Below are positions 24,406 to 37,107 of a DNA stretch of 64,000 nucleotides, piece by piece. This DNA comes from Phoronis australis (Eukaryota > Animalia > Phoronida). Both the position numbers and the translations under genes were made by a program. The notes under the pieces were generated by a model, which saw nothing but the letters and a program-made list of their open reading frames with translations, was not told the DNA's origin and made no database searches. The stretch's first letter is position 1; every line of letters begins with the position of its first letter. The stretch covers positions 581,401 to 645,400 of the forward strand of contig NMRA01000136.1 of the NCBI GenBank assembly GCA_002633005.1, given 5' to 3'.

Positions 24406-25620
24406 CATGGGAGAAGAAAACGGAAGATCATTTATGTAAATTAAGTAGAGAAGCGGGCGAAGGCAAAGCCCTGGGGATCTCCGGCGGTAGGTATTGGTAA
24501 GCAACTGAAAGTTGTATCTCTCAGTGAAACATATTGGGTGCGGTTTGAGAGATTATGTAATATTCAACTCCAGTAATATCATTATGATTCATCTTTTAGA
24601 AGAGTATTTGGTGGTCGAAAGCTTTAGAGAGATCCAAAAAGATGACCAGGGGATTCATGTCATGATCAAGATGGGAACAAATGCGGTCTAAAAGTTTAAG
24701 CGAAGTAAGTTCTGTGGAATGATATTTTCTGAAGCCATATTGGTGTTTGTAAAGAATATAATTTTCATTTAGGAGTTTTGAAAGTTGTGTATGGATATTT
24801 TTGATAATTTTTTAGATTATTGGGAGAATAGAAATGGGTTCATAATTGCCCTAGTGCTCTTGAGTCCTAACCATGTTGTTTAAAAATTGGGATTACCTTA
24901 GCAATCTTGAAAGCTTCTGGAAACGTACCAGTGGGCAAGCATTGGTGAGAGGTTCACTTATAAAAGGTCGATTATTTTGACAATTTTAGATGATACGTTG
25001 TCATGACCAGTACTATTTTTGCGTCCATGTCTCTTATAATATCCAATACATGTTTATTATTAATTAGTTTGAAAGAGAACTTAAATTTGTTTGGTGTGGG
25101 AAGTCTTTGAAATTTTTGTTTTTTCAGTTAATGATTCAGAAAGAGATGGGCCTATTTGGGTAACGTAGGTGTTGAATAAAATTGCCATTTCGGGTAGGTC
25201 ACTGGTTTTAGTGTTATCTGAACGTAAGAGATATTCTGGGGTATCATTTTTTGTTCGTACGCCCTTGTTCATAGCAGTCTTTATTGTATTCCATGATAGA
25301 CTTCTCTTTTTTGAATGTGTCATGATAGTAAGATTGCTTGTCAAAATCAATACTTTTTTGATAATCTTGTTGTATATCTTAAGATTTTTATATCATGTAG
25401 CGTAGGATTATGTGTTGCGAGGGGTTGTCTTGGCTTGTTTGTAAAGTTTATCTCGATCTGTAAACAAATGGAAATTAAGATGCCAGGTGTTACTCATGGA
25501 AATAATATAATATGGAAACTTTGCTTAATCGTAGATTGTTGTGGCAATTGTCTGCAAAGAGTGATTTCACAGCAGAATCTAGATATTCAAACGTTTTGTC
25601 TGGGAACCACTGAAATTACA
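24405..25620 (-). mobile_element. CR1/L2-type LINE reverse transcriptase remnant
   Basis: Minus-strand motifs in RT order: SWNTIK..FNTYVTQIGPSL, QYGFRKYHSTE, LVIFLDLSKAFD, RTQYVSL, PLLYLIYINDLP; frameshifts and stops throughout. Confidence 0.8.
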
Positions 25621-25754
25621 TAACTCCATTCTTTCCCTAATGACAGTCGATTTACAAGCGCACTGGGTGCGTTTAGGAATTTAACAATGTATCTGTGTTG
25701 TATTTGAGTATCTAGGATGTATATAGAATCTTCGCATTATGAAAATATAACTGC

Positions 25755-28700
25755 ATAATTACTCTGCGCGTGCAAGCGCTGAGTACTGTTGTTCCTGGGT
25801 TTTCTTCAATTTTATTCTTATTCTTATTCTTCTTCCGACAAACTTCGAGGCTTAATAACTCCAAAATGGGTGCAGGTATGTTCTTTAAAATCAGCATATG
25901 ATTTTTGACAGTACATAATTTTTGATTCGTTATATGGTCATGTTTCATATTACACCGGAAGAGTTCGTTTGGTGCAAAGGTCATATAATTTTCAAAATGC
26001 TACTTCTTCTTTAGTTCAAAAGCTATTTTTTTGAAATTCGGTGCACATGTATAAGTCAATAAGGCAATTTGAAAAATTACTTTTCTAAGTAATCGGGTCA
26101 TCCAATCAGTTTAAATAGGTCAAAGGTCATTAGATGCAAACTAAAATTTTGAGCTAGACACTTCAAATTCACAGTTCTGATTGGCATAGGCAATTCAATT
26201 CGGAATCTAAAGTTTCAGGGCATTTAGTGCAAACATGGGGTTATTAGGTGCATTTTTATCCTGAAAATTTGTCCTTTTCAATCAGCAGGTATTCTGATGT
26301 GTCAACCGTTAGACAACTGTGATTCTCAGCATTAAACACATTTTTCATGTGCTTTGCAATAATTCTACTAAAAACGCTTTCATGTACAATGCACCGGATA
26401 GGGTCAATTAGTGCAAAGGTCACGTGACGTTCAAAATGTTACATCTCTTACCTTTTTCAAGGAATTCTTTTCAGTTTCAGGTCAACATGCCAATAGCGGA
26501 TTTGCAGCGACGCCATATTGAAATTAGGTTAAAATGGTGCATTGTGGGTGCTGTGGTCAGGATTCCGAAGGCGGCCGTAGTATCAAGCATAATACGCGGT
26601 ATGAGCGCGAAGAAAACTTACGGCGGATACACTTGTTGTGTTCCTGGCTGCTTCAAAAACAACAAGAGAGATAAAAATCCGAGTTTTTATGTGTTCCCTG
26701 CAAACCAAGAACTTCGTGAAAAATGGATAGACAACATTAGGAGAGCTGGGAGTAAGGGGAGATTTAGCGCATTCAAACCAACGAACGCGGAGCCATCTAG
26801 TAGGCAACACGTAGCCCCTCGGTTGGCCATATAGGGGCTACAATACTTCCATTAGCTTTCTGTACTCATTTCTTTACTTCAGTGTATTTTAAACGGGTCG
26901 TGACCGGATTTGGATTACCGATTTCGAGTTTTCACCTCGTCAAAAATACATTCTACACTTAAAACTATCGTTTAAAAAACGCTTACTTTCATCATTGGTC
27001 CTTTCTACTTCTATACATATCTTAAGCTTAGTTGTGAGAATTAATTTTGACTTTGGCGAAGAATTACATCACTTTTTGGTTGCAGTTAATTTTATCAGCG
27101 CGTGCGCGATAACCATAAAGCATGTCAACTGAATCACGTGAGTTAGGCAAAGGTTAGCGCGAGACTCAGCGAAGCGCGTGATGCTAGTGCGTGACACTTG
27201 TAAAATAGCATGAGAAGGTATCGGGTGAAACTTGTAAGATGTGTGTCTCTTAGACTTTTTATTCGTCAATATGCGTAATTTCACGTAACTTCCTCAAAAT
27301 GGCACCCGGTAACTGAGAGAAACTCGAGCAAACGCGACAGATTTTCATCGATTTGTTCAAGTTTTGCTGACTAAATTGTATCCAGAGTCGTGGTATGTGT
27401 TAATTATAACTCCGTGTTCCTATATGTATGGTTCATTTGATTTTATTTGCTGTATTTTGAAATGAGTAACTTTTTGTGAGGATGTACTATCGCCCCTGAA
27501 TGCCTGCGGCATCCAGTGCGGTGTAATTGCCTAGGGGCCATCGTGTGTGCAGCGAACATTTTCCTGGTGGAAAAAAGACGTATGAGAACAACATTCCGAC
27601 GGAGTTTCCTCTTAAAATTAACGTCTCTAGCATATCCACGGCGAAAGCTACAAAAGTTAAGCAACCCAAGAACTCTCAACTTGTCTGAAACCGGAGGAGA
27701 TTTCGAAATCAACGCCGATAGCCCCAATACTGAACATGACGACAGTCGTGCCCTCGGTCACACGGTCACTGATCATAGCTACGCTGTGTTTACAAACGAG
27801 AGAGAGGACTTGCTTGGTATTATAAAGCAAAAAAATGAAACATGGTTTTTAGTTTGCAAATCACTCCAAATGCACACACTATCCAGCCTGCTCAAGACAT
27901 GCCTGACCACAAGCTATCCCATGAGCCTTCGCGCAGGAAGTAACTCTCACATGCGCAATGCGTAGTTCGTTTGCGCTGCAAATCCGCTATTGAATACCGT
28001 ACTTTACTTCGCAATAGGCCTAACCAATCAGAAAAATAGGTCAAAGGTCATTGAGTGCTAGACACTTCAAAATTACATATCTGTTTACTAGGAGCAATTG
28101 AGTTTGAATTCTAAATTTTCAGGTCATTTGGTGCACCCATGGAGTGCATTTTTCTTTTGAAAGTTTGACCAATTCATTCACCTTGTATTCTGAAGTGCTT
28201 AAAGTAAAACATCTGTGATTTTTAGCATTAACCACACCTTTAATCAAGTTAACAATTATTCCCTCATCGGGGCTCATAATGCACCGGAAGAGGTCAATTA
28301 GTGGAAAGGTCATCAAAATATTAGTACGTAATTTCTCCTATAATTTTATAGAATTCCTTTTCATATTGGTAAACGGGTTGCTGTCAGTCACTTCCCATAA
28401 TAATTCCTGTAATACGCACGCGCAGCGTCCATTATTGTCACGCCGTGACAATAATCTTTCTAGTTCTTCTTATTCTTATTCTTCTTCCGACCAACTTGGA
28501 CACTTAATATCTCCAAAATGGTTGCAGGTATGTTCTTCAAATTTAATATATGATTTTAGGCAGTATATAACTTTTGATTTGTTATATATTCATATTCCAT
28601 AATGGACCGGAAGAAGTCATTTGGTGCAAAAGTCATGTAATTTTCAAAATGCTACTCCTTCTTTATTTTAAAACCTATTATTTTCAAATTCGGTAGACAG

Positions 28701-29635
28701 ATATAAGTCAACAAGGCAATTTAAAAAGTTACTTTTCTAAGTAATCGAGTCATCCAATCAAGCTAAACAGGTCAAAGGTCATTAGGTGCAAACTAAGATT
28801 TTAAGCTAGACATATCAAATTCACAGGTCTGATTGGCACAGGTAATTCATTTCGGAATCCAAAGTTTCAGGTCATTTAGTGCAAACATGGGGTCATTAGG
28901 TGCATTTTTCTTCTGAAAATTTGACCTTTTCATTCACCAAGTATTCTGATGTGTCAACTGTTAGACAACTGTGATTCTCAGCATTAAACACATTTTTCAT
29001 GGGCTTTGCAATAATTCTCCTAAAGACGCTTACATGTATAATGCACCGGATAGGGTCAATTAGTGCGAAGGTCACGTGACGTTCAAAATGTTACATCTCT
29101 TACCTTTTTCAAGGAATTCTTTTCAGTTTCAGCACACTGGGGTAAGTAAACATGCCAGTTGAACACCCTACTTTACTACGCAATAGGTCTAACCAATCAG
29201 AAAAAATAGGTCAAAGGTCATTGAGTGCAAACTAAAATTTTGAGCTAGAGACTTTTAAATTACATATCTGTTCACTAAATGCAATTGCGTTTGAATTCTA
29301 AATTTTTAGGTCATTTAATGCACTTATGGGGTCATTAGGTGCATTTTTCTTCTGAAAGTTTGACTAATTCATTGATCTTGTATTCTGAAGTGCTTAAAGT
29401 AAAACATTTGTGATTCTTAGCATTAACCACACCTTTAATCGAGTTTACAATTATTTCCTCGTCCGGGTTCATAATGCACCGAAAGAGGTCAATTAGTGGA
29501 AAGGTTATCAAAATATTAACATGTAATTTTTCCTACAATTTTAAAGCATTCCTTTTGAAATTGGTAAACGGGTTGCTGTCAGTAACTTCCTATAACAATT
29601 CCTTTAATACACACGCGCAGAGTCTATTATTATCA
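25755..29635. mobile_element. Helentron/HINE (DINE-1-like) non-autonomous element with two tandem ~1.17 kb internal units
   Basis: Subterminal inverted repeats CTCTGCGCGTG (~25762) and CACGCGCAGAG (~29612), the first within a hairpin. A (TTATTC)n microsatellite starts each unit (~25812, ~28470), GGTCAAAGGTCA motifs recur, and unit 1 is interrupted by a THAP element. Confidence 0.65.
26495..27988 (+). mobile_element. THAP-domain TIR DNA transposon (ISL2EU/Harbinger-like), deletion derivative
   Basis: TIRs AGCGGATTTGCAGCG / CGCTGCAAATCCGCT with an apparent AT TSD; the empty site is visible in the sister unit (~29150). THAP peptide MSAKKTYGGYTCCVPGCFKN..FYVFP..LREKWIDNIRR (26601-26785) resumes as GHRVCSEHFPGGKKTYENNIPTEF at ~27535. 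Confidence 0.82.
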
Positions 29636-32600
29636 ATTATGTAATTCGTTTATATGTGGTTCGCACGCACAGATTCACTTATCTAGAGGATCTAAATATG
29701 GCATGACAATAAGTTTAGAAATCCTTCATTGCAAAATATGAAATTAATGCGAATGCTCGGTCTCTTTGGGGAATTTGCTTCTCCTTAAAAACAACTGCCA
29801 GAGAAGTTTTAGTTCTAAAAGTGTCTCATCCCTAGGCAAACTTCTTGGAGAGACAGGTATTGTGTATTGTGTATTGGTTTATAACCACTTCCTTATCTTT
29901 TGTCTGTGCAAAAACCTCATCTATTTCCTCGAATGAAATTTCACACTTTGATATTTCGTCCATTATCGGCTCATGTTTTATTTGCCCAATTTCCAAGTAA
30001 TGAGACCAACAGACCAACATGTTTGCCAGCTTTTTTATTTCGAAAACTTGCTTTAATATTTACATTTGCCTATGAAAGGAGACTCGTCGATGCGCCACAA
30101 TAGGTCTAGGCCTGCTTAAATCTCGGTATTTGATTTTCACTCCCATGTTTTGAATATTAATTGACTATGATCAACATTACCCAGTGTCCCTAAGCGGCGC
30201 GTCACGAGAATTTTAGAATCTTCTCCTAACTTACGACACGCCGTTCAACACCTGAATCAGAAGGTAAAACGGTTCGATTCTGTATTGATCGCCATTAAAT
30301 GGTAAGAATTTTTACATATTGATTACTTGCAAACTTTCGTTTTCACAGCTAACTAGATATCATTACAAACTAACTTACGGTCGACTTTTAAGTACAATAG
30401 CCATATGATGGTTTTGAAGTTTGAGTCGCCTTGGTGAGCAAGTTGCACTATATCTCCAATCTTGGATTTTGTCAGGAAATCTTTCCTTTCACAAACCCAG
30501 TTTGGCTCTTATTTTTTAAGTTTCTTTTTGTCGTATTTATTCACTGTAAAATTCACAACTTTAAGTTACTTAGATATTTAGTCGGAATTTCCGCATTTCC
30601 ACTTCGGACCGTTTTAAACTTGATGTTTCTTTTCGTCTGTGGTTATTTACGACTGTGTACAAATAGAACATTTTAATCGCCTACTGTGAATTACATTTCC
30701 TGGTTAACTCTGTTGCCAGTTTCCATTGCATTGTTGACTGAGAGTGCGTAATACATTTTGGAGAATTTTGTCACCAATTGAGTTATTTTGTTTAAGTTAA
30801 AAACTTTCGTGACCCTCTTGTCAGATGATGTATTTACATTTAGTTTAAAAAAACACTAGCACCATCTAATTCCCAACCAGGGTTTATGTTACAAACACAG
30901 AAAAAACAAGTAACTGCAAGAAATGCGAAGTTTATCTTAACCGCTTGTGTAGCGAGTTGGGCGGCGAACCTTACAATTAGAATGTATAGTTCCATATATT
31001 CTCGCAGCAAGTTATCCAAAAGATTATTGCCTTTTTGTAACCATTTTTCCATTTCCTGATTATGGGTGAATTTCAAAAGGGGATATATTTCTTAGCTGTA
31101 TAAAGTAGTCAAGCTAAGCGCCATTTCATTAACCTTTTTATCTTGCAGCGATGCTCAGCACATTCAAACTTATTGTAATTAATCAAAATGGCACTCCTCT
31201 AGAATTACTTTTGAAGGAGTTGAAGAAGTACATTCATAACTCCATGGAGTTTGCCCGTAAAGCACTGCGAACCGAGAATCTCACTACAAGCACTGGGGGA
31301 TTTTTTATGAGACTGAATGGCTCAAAATCGTGCACTATCGATACAGTGGACTTGGCTTTGACAAATATTGGTATAGAGGGCTCATACGATGGCACAGAAA
31401 TCGCAATCCATTTAGAATTTCATGTCTTAGAAGCGTATAATAGTAGAGTTCAAGCAAGATCGATATTTCATAATAGATAACATTTAAAAAGGACGGTTGT
31501 CTTGCATTACAACCGTGAAAACCGATGTAATGCACGCGTTATCAAAAGGATTTAGCTTTCCATGGGATACCGCGGTGACGGGTGTTGTTATATTTCAGCT
31601 TCCAAGTCCTAGGATAGCGCGCTGTTCATCTAAAGAATTCCGCTTTCACAAAACCTTGCTATTTGTATTGAACGAGCTGCGTTGGATTACTATCATCCAA
31701 CATTGCGTTGTTTGAAGCAACGATTAGTTAACATAACACGATCGGTTTAACGTAAGTGTGAACCTCTAAACAAAACATTTACATTTTCTTTTTGATAAAC
31801 GCCTCTTCATCATCTTAAATTTGATTTAGCCTTTTATAGGAATCGAAATAAATTCAAAGACACGCCTTTTTACAGTTTTTTCACCAGCCACTTTCTTCCG
31901 TCTATCGCTTCTATTTCTGTCGATGATCTAGCACCGCCCAATGACAAAATTACACTTTCGGTAATTTCCTCGGTAGGCCGAGCACTACAGAGCGCTTAAA
32001 GGTTACTTCCATTTTTGTAAAAGTCGACAGTCATTCATAGTGTGACTCGAATCTGAAATATACAAAAATGTAAGCAATGGCGTAGTCTGACGAGAGTTTA
32101 TATTTGCAAGCATATTAGACAGAAAGCGGCTGAATGATGCATGCATTCGGCTTTTGCTGTCCATTTCACTACCCCAATCCTGGAAAGAGCTACGGCGGGG
32201 TCATATAGAGTTGCCACAAGCACAACAATAGCAACGCCTCACCAGTCCTCAATATACCATAAACCACGGGAAAACGTGAGCAATATCTGACGACGATTTG
32301 CCCTTAACGCCATGGAGGATGGTTAATGCTGCGATTAGATGTGCCCAATTCTCCGTAGTATGTATCGACCAATAACAGCTCGTAAATCGCAAAACTTGGG
32401 AAATCAAAAATTGCTGTTGCGTTCATTTTTTCAAAAGTTTATTATTTTTGGAAAATCTGAAAAGTCTAGCCGATTTTGCTGCTTTGAAAATTTTTCATAA
32501 CGCCTTGCTTCAGTCAATGGCATTATCAATGAATGTCAAACCCAACACAGCTTCTCATTGGCCATTAAAAATACAGAATCATCGCACATCATGCTAATTT

Positions 32601-35079
32601 AAAAATCGGGAATGGTCTTAAAATAAAAAGCTAACTCAGCAAAGTATTTTTCGTGCTTGACATCAAGTAGCCTAACATGTTTGCCCAAAAGTCTGAATCG
32701 TTTGATTGAGTCGTTGGTGGTTTCGGTGACCTCATTGTTAATTAAAATAGAATCCTACTTCAGTAAGGAATACTATGACACCGGGTATATGAGAATAAAA
32801 GGACCTACTCGATTGTCGGTTCGCCAACTGAGCTCGGCGAAATTCCGCCAGAGCAATGGTGACGTTTATTTTTAAAGTCGCGCCAATGTATACCTGTGTA
32901 TTGAAGCCGATTGAAACCCGGCCATTGTGTATTGTAATCAGTCTGCACAACGATATAATGGCATAGCAGAAAATACGCTTTGGGAAGGTTCTTTTCCGTC
33001 TTAAAGGTTCAAGAGCGCTGTGGTGTCCAAACCAGAAATTCTTTTGTAACCACACGAAGGCGCTGCGAAAGCCCATAGTCACTTTATGAAAGCCTTCCTC
33101 GATCGGATTCCTGTTATTCAGGATGTATTGGCTACCCAACTATTCCTAGCGATACTTCAGTGACATAAGAAAATACGATTTTGTTCAAAACACTCAATCG
33201 CAGGCACCTCAAATGAAGCGTGAAATAACCTTTTCCGTCACTGGGAGAAAACGGCAACCAAAGAATGCAGCGGTTTTGAACATTGGCCTGTGCCCGTGTC
33301 GTAGAAATACAGCCTGCCACTGATAGCATACTGACTAGAACGCCAATGTAGATGTAATTCTGTTCATAGCAGGAATCTTGCGTTGACGTAGACTTAAGTC
33401 GGGCACTGAGCGGCGTAAGCCAAATCGTTCGATCATTACTATGACTGATCATTTTGCATTTTTATTATTTCTGTCTGGTCATAGAATGGTGATATTATGT
33501 TTCAATTTAGTCTAACGTTCACGTAACGTTTGCCATAGGTCAATGTTCTAACTCGAAATTGGGATGAATTGTCTAAATGTAATGTAACACAAGAAATTCG
33601 GTCACAACAACAAAGGATTAGCTGTACTACCGACCAACCATTACGTAATGGACTAAGTTTACGTAATACCACGTGTAGCTGAATGAGAATGGGGATGAAT
33701 TTAATCAATCAATCTTAAATCAACACTCAAACTTAAATAACATGAACATATAAACAAAGAGGGTCTATTTATCCACATCGTTCATGAAACAACATGGGCT
33801 ATGCTACGACTTGATCAATCCAGATTCTCTGACAGGTAGACGAGCAGTTCATGTGGATTAACTTGGAAAATAATAATAACAAAAAAGTTTCAGAGTTTCA
33901 GGTACGTGGCTACCATTTTTGTGGCTTTGTCAGCAAAAATTCCGCACTTGAATTATCAAAAATCCATGCATTTTATAGCGAATTTTATTTACCATGATTG
34001 TGTTCCAAGACGGTTTCGTTTTTAGTACTTAAAGGTGGTTCTCCCATTGGGCAGAGCTTGGAATAAGTAAATCAATATACAAATGAATATATAACATAAA
34101 GACAGTTAAGTCCGTTATAAGGTTATGCAGGACTTTATAGACAAAACCATATGCTAAGCTAAATTTCTACAAAACTACTGAATTTAACTCATAATTTAAC
34201 CGAGAGTAGAAATTCCTTAAAATTTGATTTTCACTTTACAGAAATCTGCCATTAATTAGGTCACGTGACCTTATCGTTTAATAAAGGGTATATTCGTAGC
34301 AAAGCAACATGACTAATAACACGAGGAAATTTCGTATGATGTGTATGTTCAAGAAAAAATCTCAAAATACTGTTACAGTTTGCTAAACTTCTGTTTTTTT
34401 TTGAACAACAAAGTTTTTTCCTAAGATCATGAAAGTTTTATACGAGTCCGAAAAGCTGTTTCAGAGATATGATGTTCCGAAGTCGGCCGAAATTGAACAA
34501 TTTTCTATAATAGTCCTACGTTAACTTATTCAGAGTCAAGTCGGTTAAATTTTCACCTATCTATCAATCACGCAAGCGCTGATACAACTTACGTCAATGT
34601 TACATTTTACGTTGCTAAGCCTCTCCTAAAATGTAACAAGTTTTACATTTTACGCAGTAGTTGCATATGCGAGAAATGCACCATTCTTACATTTTACAAA
34701 ACCTACGTCATATTGCAAAGAAAACCACCAAAATCATGAACAAGTGGTATCTGTCACGACCGCGGGGTACTGGAGTATTTTTGGACGAGAGGTGCCGCCC
34801 GAAAAACTTAATACCTACCCGTTAGAGGGTGGGTTCAGACAAAAAAGTGACCCATTTAGAGACTAATTTATGTAAAAATTCGTATTTTTGCACACTTCTG
34901 TTCCAAAAGTTCAGGAAAAGCACCTTTTAGATATAATTTTGCCGAAAATGGTACCATTTTGGAGAATATTTTTTCTGTGAAAAAACACCCTTTTGGGAGG
35001 CAGTTTCTTACACTTCTTATATAGAAATGCCGTCCGGTCTGACACGACATGAAATTGGCTACCTATTATAAGTTTTATT

Positions 35080-35175
35080 AGTATTACATCACTATTACTA
35101 CAATTACTGCTAACACTACTATCACTGCTATTACTCGTTATCGCTTTCGTTATCGTAATTATTATTATTAATATT
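35080..35175. repeat. Degenerate (TAC/TAT)n simple repeat
   Basis: Direct inspection. Confidence 0.7.
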
Positions 35176-36932
35176 TTAAATTTATTTATAGAAGACATAA
35201 TACATGTTTAGCAAAGTGCTAACACGTCATTGTCCTCAAAGATTTTGAAATCATCTCATTTATGGTTCAATGTTTTCATCGGGCTTTCCATAGTCGACAG
35301 CGAGTGCTGTTTTAAAAAAAGAGGTTCCTATGTCCAGCCTTAACGATGTTGCGAGGAAAGTCGTCACAGCTGATTCTCCACTAATTAGTCAAGATATATG
35401 CTAACTAGAACCAGGAAGACATTCTGCCTGCTAAAACTCATGCCGTTAAGCTTTTAAGTCATTCATTGCTCAATTTCTTTTAGGAACGCGCACCTAACAA
35501 ACGTGAATACTGTCTTATAATTAAACAAAAAATGTTTTCAAAACTTCGATTTGAATTTTGTCGTTATCTAATTTCGCCTCTTTACACTACGAACAGGTTC
35601 CAGATCACACGATATGCAAGTGAGCGACATAAATAAATAATTACGGCCAATACAGAGGGATAGCTACGAGCTGAGTTGTCTGCCCGAAGTGAAACATTGC
35701 TAAGCTGAGCTGACAGTAATCACACAAAAGTGTGAAAATACGACAATCGAATGAACTAGCTGCTAGCTCAGTTGGTGTGAACTGTCTCCACAGTTGTGTT
35801 TCACTTTGCGCAGATAGTCTAGCCTCAGGGGGGTCACTCACCGTTGGTATCACAGCGGGGAACAACGCGATTTTGAATAAGACAATCAGCAGGTAGCCTT
35901 TATAATCCTACAGGGAAAGACGGCACACACATTGTGTGTCGTTATCCATGTTTACATCAACTTATAACACCCAAGACAAAGTGTACTAATGGGGTTTGGA
36001 TTAAATCAATTATTGACGTATACGTCCCACAAGAACACAGGGTAATCGTAATCCATTTAGGTTGGTGTCATACAAAAATAGAATACAGTTGTTGCAGATA
36101 TGTGTTGTAAAATAACATCACATCGTAGTTAGCGCCAGTCCCTGGTACAAATTGTGTTGAAACGACATTGTGAGTACTAGGGAAAGCCCGTTGGGTCTTA
36201 AACGTAGAGCGTTAGATGAAGACGCTAGCGTTTCTTGAACATTTAAATTTAAACTTTAAGAAATCACGGGGTATGGGAACATGATGATTATTTAGATTTG
36301 CATATGTAGTGCAACTATTATACGCTTTCTTCCATACCTCAACTTTATAATAGACGCAGTGGATATTGTTGCTAAATTTGAATTTATGTATTTATGTATA
36401 AGTAGACAAAGCCTACGATGCACAATGGTGATATTATTTAATCAAATTTCATTTTCACTGTTCTAACGTTTAGCTTCGAACTAAAATGTCTCTTAACAGT
36501 GTTCGAGAATCGCTCATTCGGCACAATATACGTCATTTTTCGGAAAGGGAAACAATATGTATCGAACGAACTTGACTCCAGGTGTGTTTATGTGAACAAT
36601 AAAGCTGACTCGTTAACGAAAACGTGGTAATGTATGTGATCAATGACGGACTTCGTTTCATGGAAAGAGTCCTGTACATTTGTGAAGCTGCGCGTTGTTG
36701 CAGTATTCAGCCTGATTATTCACCCAAATGCTGTCAACTGGGTGCCAGGCTCGTTTACTTCCCTTTTGGTTGCCCAATCATTTTTAACCGACATACAATG
36801 CCTGGATCGCTTAATCTGACAAGAACAAATATTTCCGCCTCGTCTGTGTTATCTGAGGAACACGATCCAAACCCAGGTATTCAATGGCTTTATCGAATCG
36901 TGTTCATTTATGGCATTTTGTAATCCGACCCA

Positions 36933-36939
36933 TATAAAA
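36933..36939 (+). promoter_or_regulatory. Candidate TATA box for DUOX copy B
   Basis: TATAAAA ~170 bp upstream of the predicted start ATG at 37108; supported by position only. Confidence 0.3.
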
Positions 36940-37107
36940 AAGCACCTGTTGCTTAAGGCGTTACAAGGAAAACGTCATTGAAAATACATATCACAAACTA
37001 CTCAAAAGACTCTGGGGGTGACGGAAACTAAGACGACGACAAAACAAAACACGCAACATATTTATTTTCTATTCAAAGGTGGAGTACCGACCAGAGTGAG
37101 GAGGGCG

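Noticed and set aside
23869-24504. 211-aa minus-strand ORF
   Set aside because: A chance fusion of a LINE RT remnant, a (TC)n microsatellite and unrelated sequence.
36181-36190. NF-kB-like site GGGAAAGCCC upstream of DUOX copy B
   Set aside because: Imperfect match to GGGRNWYYCC and expected by chance; no supporting evidence.
13828-37107. Search for a DUOXA maturation-factor gene between the DUOX copies
   Set aside because: No multi-TM exons with DUOXA-like sequence were recognised by eye; a tblastn search is needed to exclude it formally.
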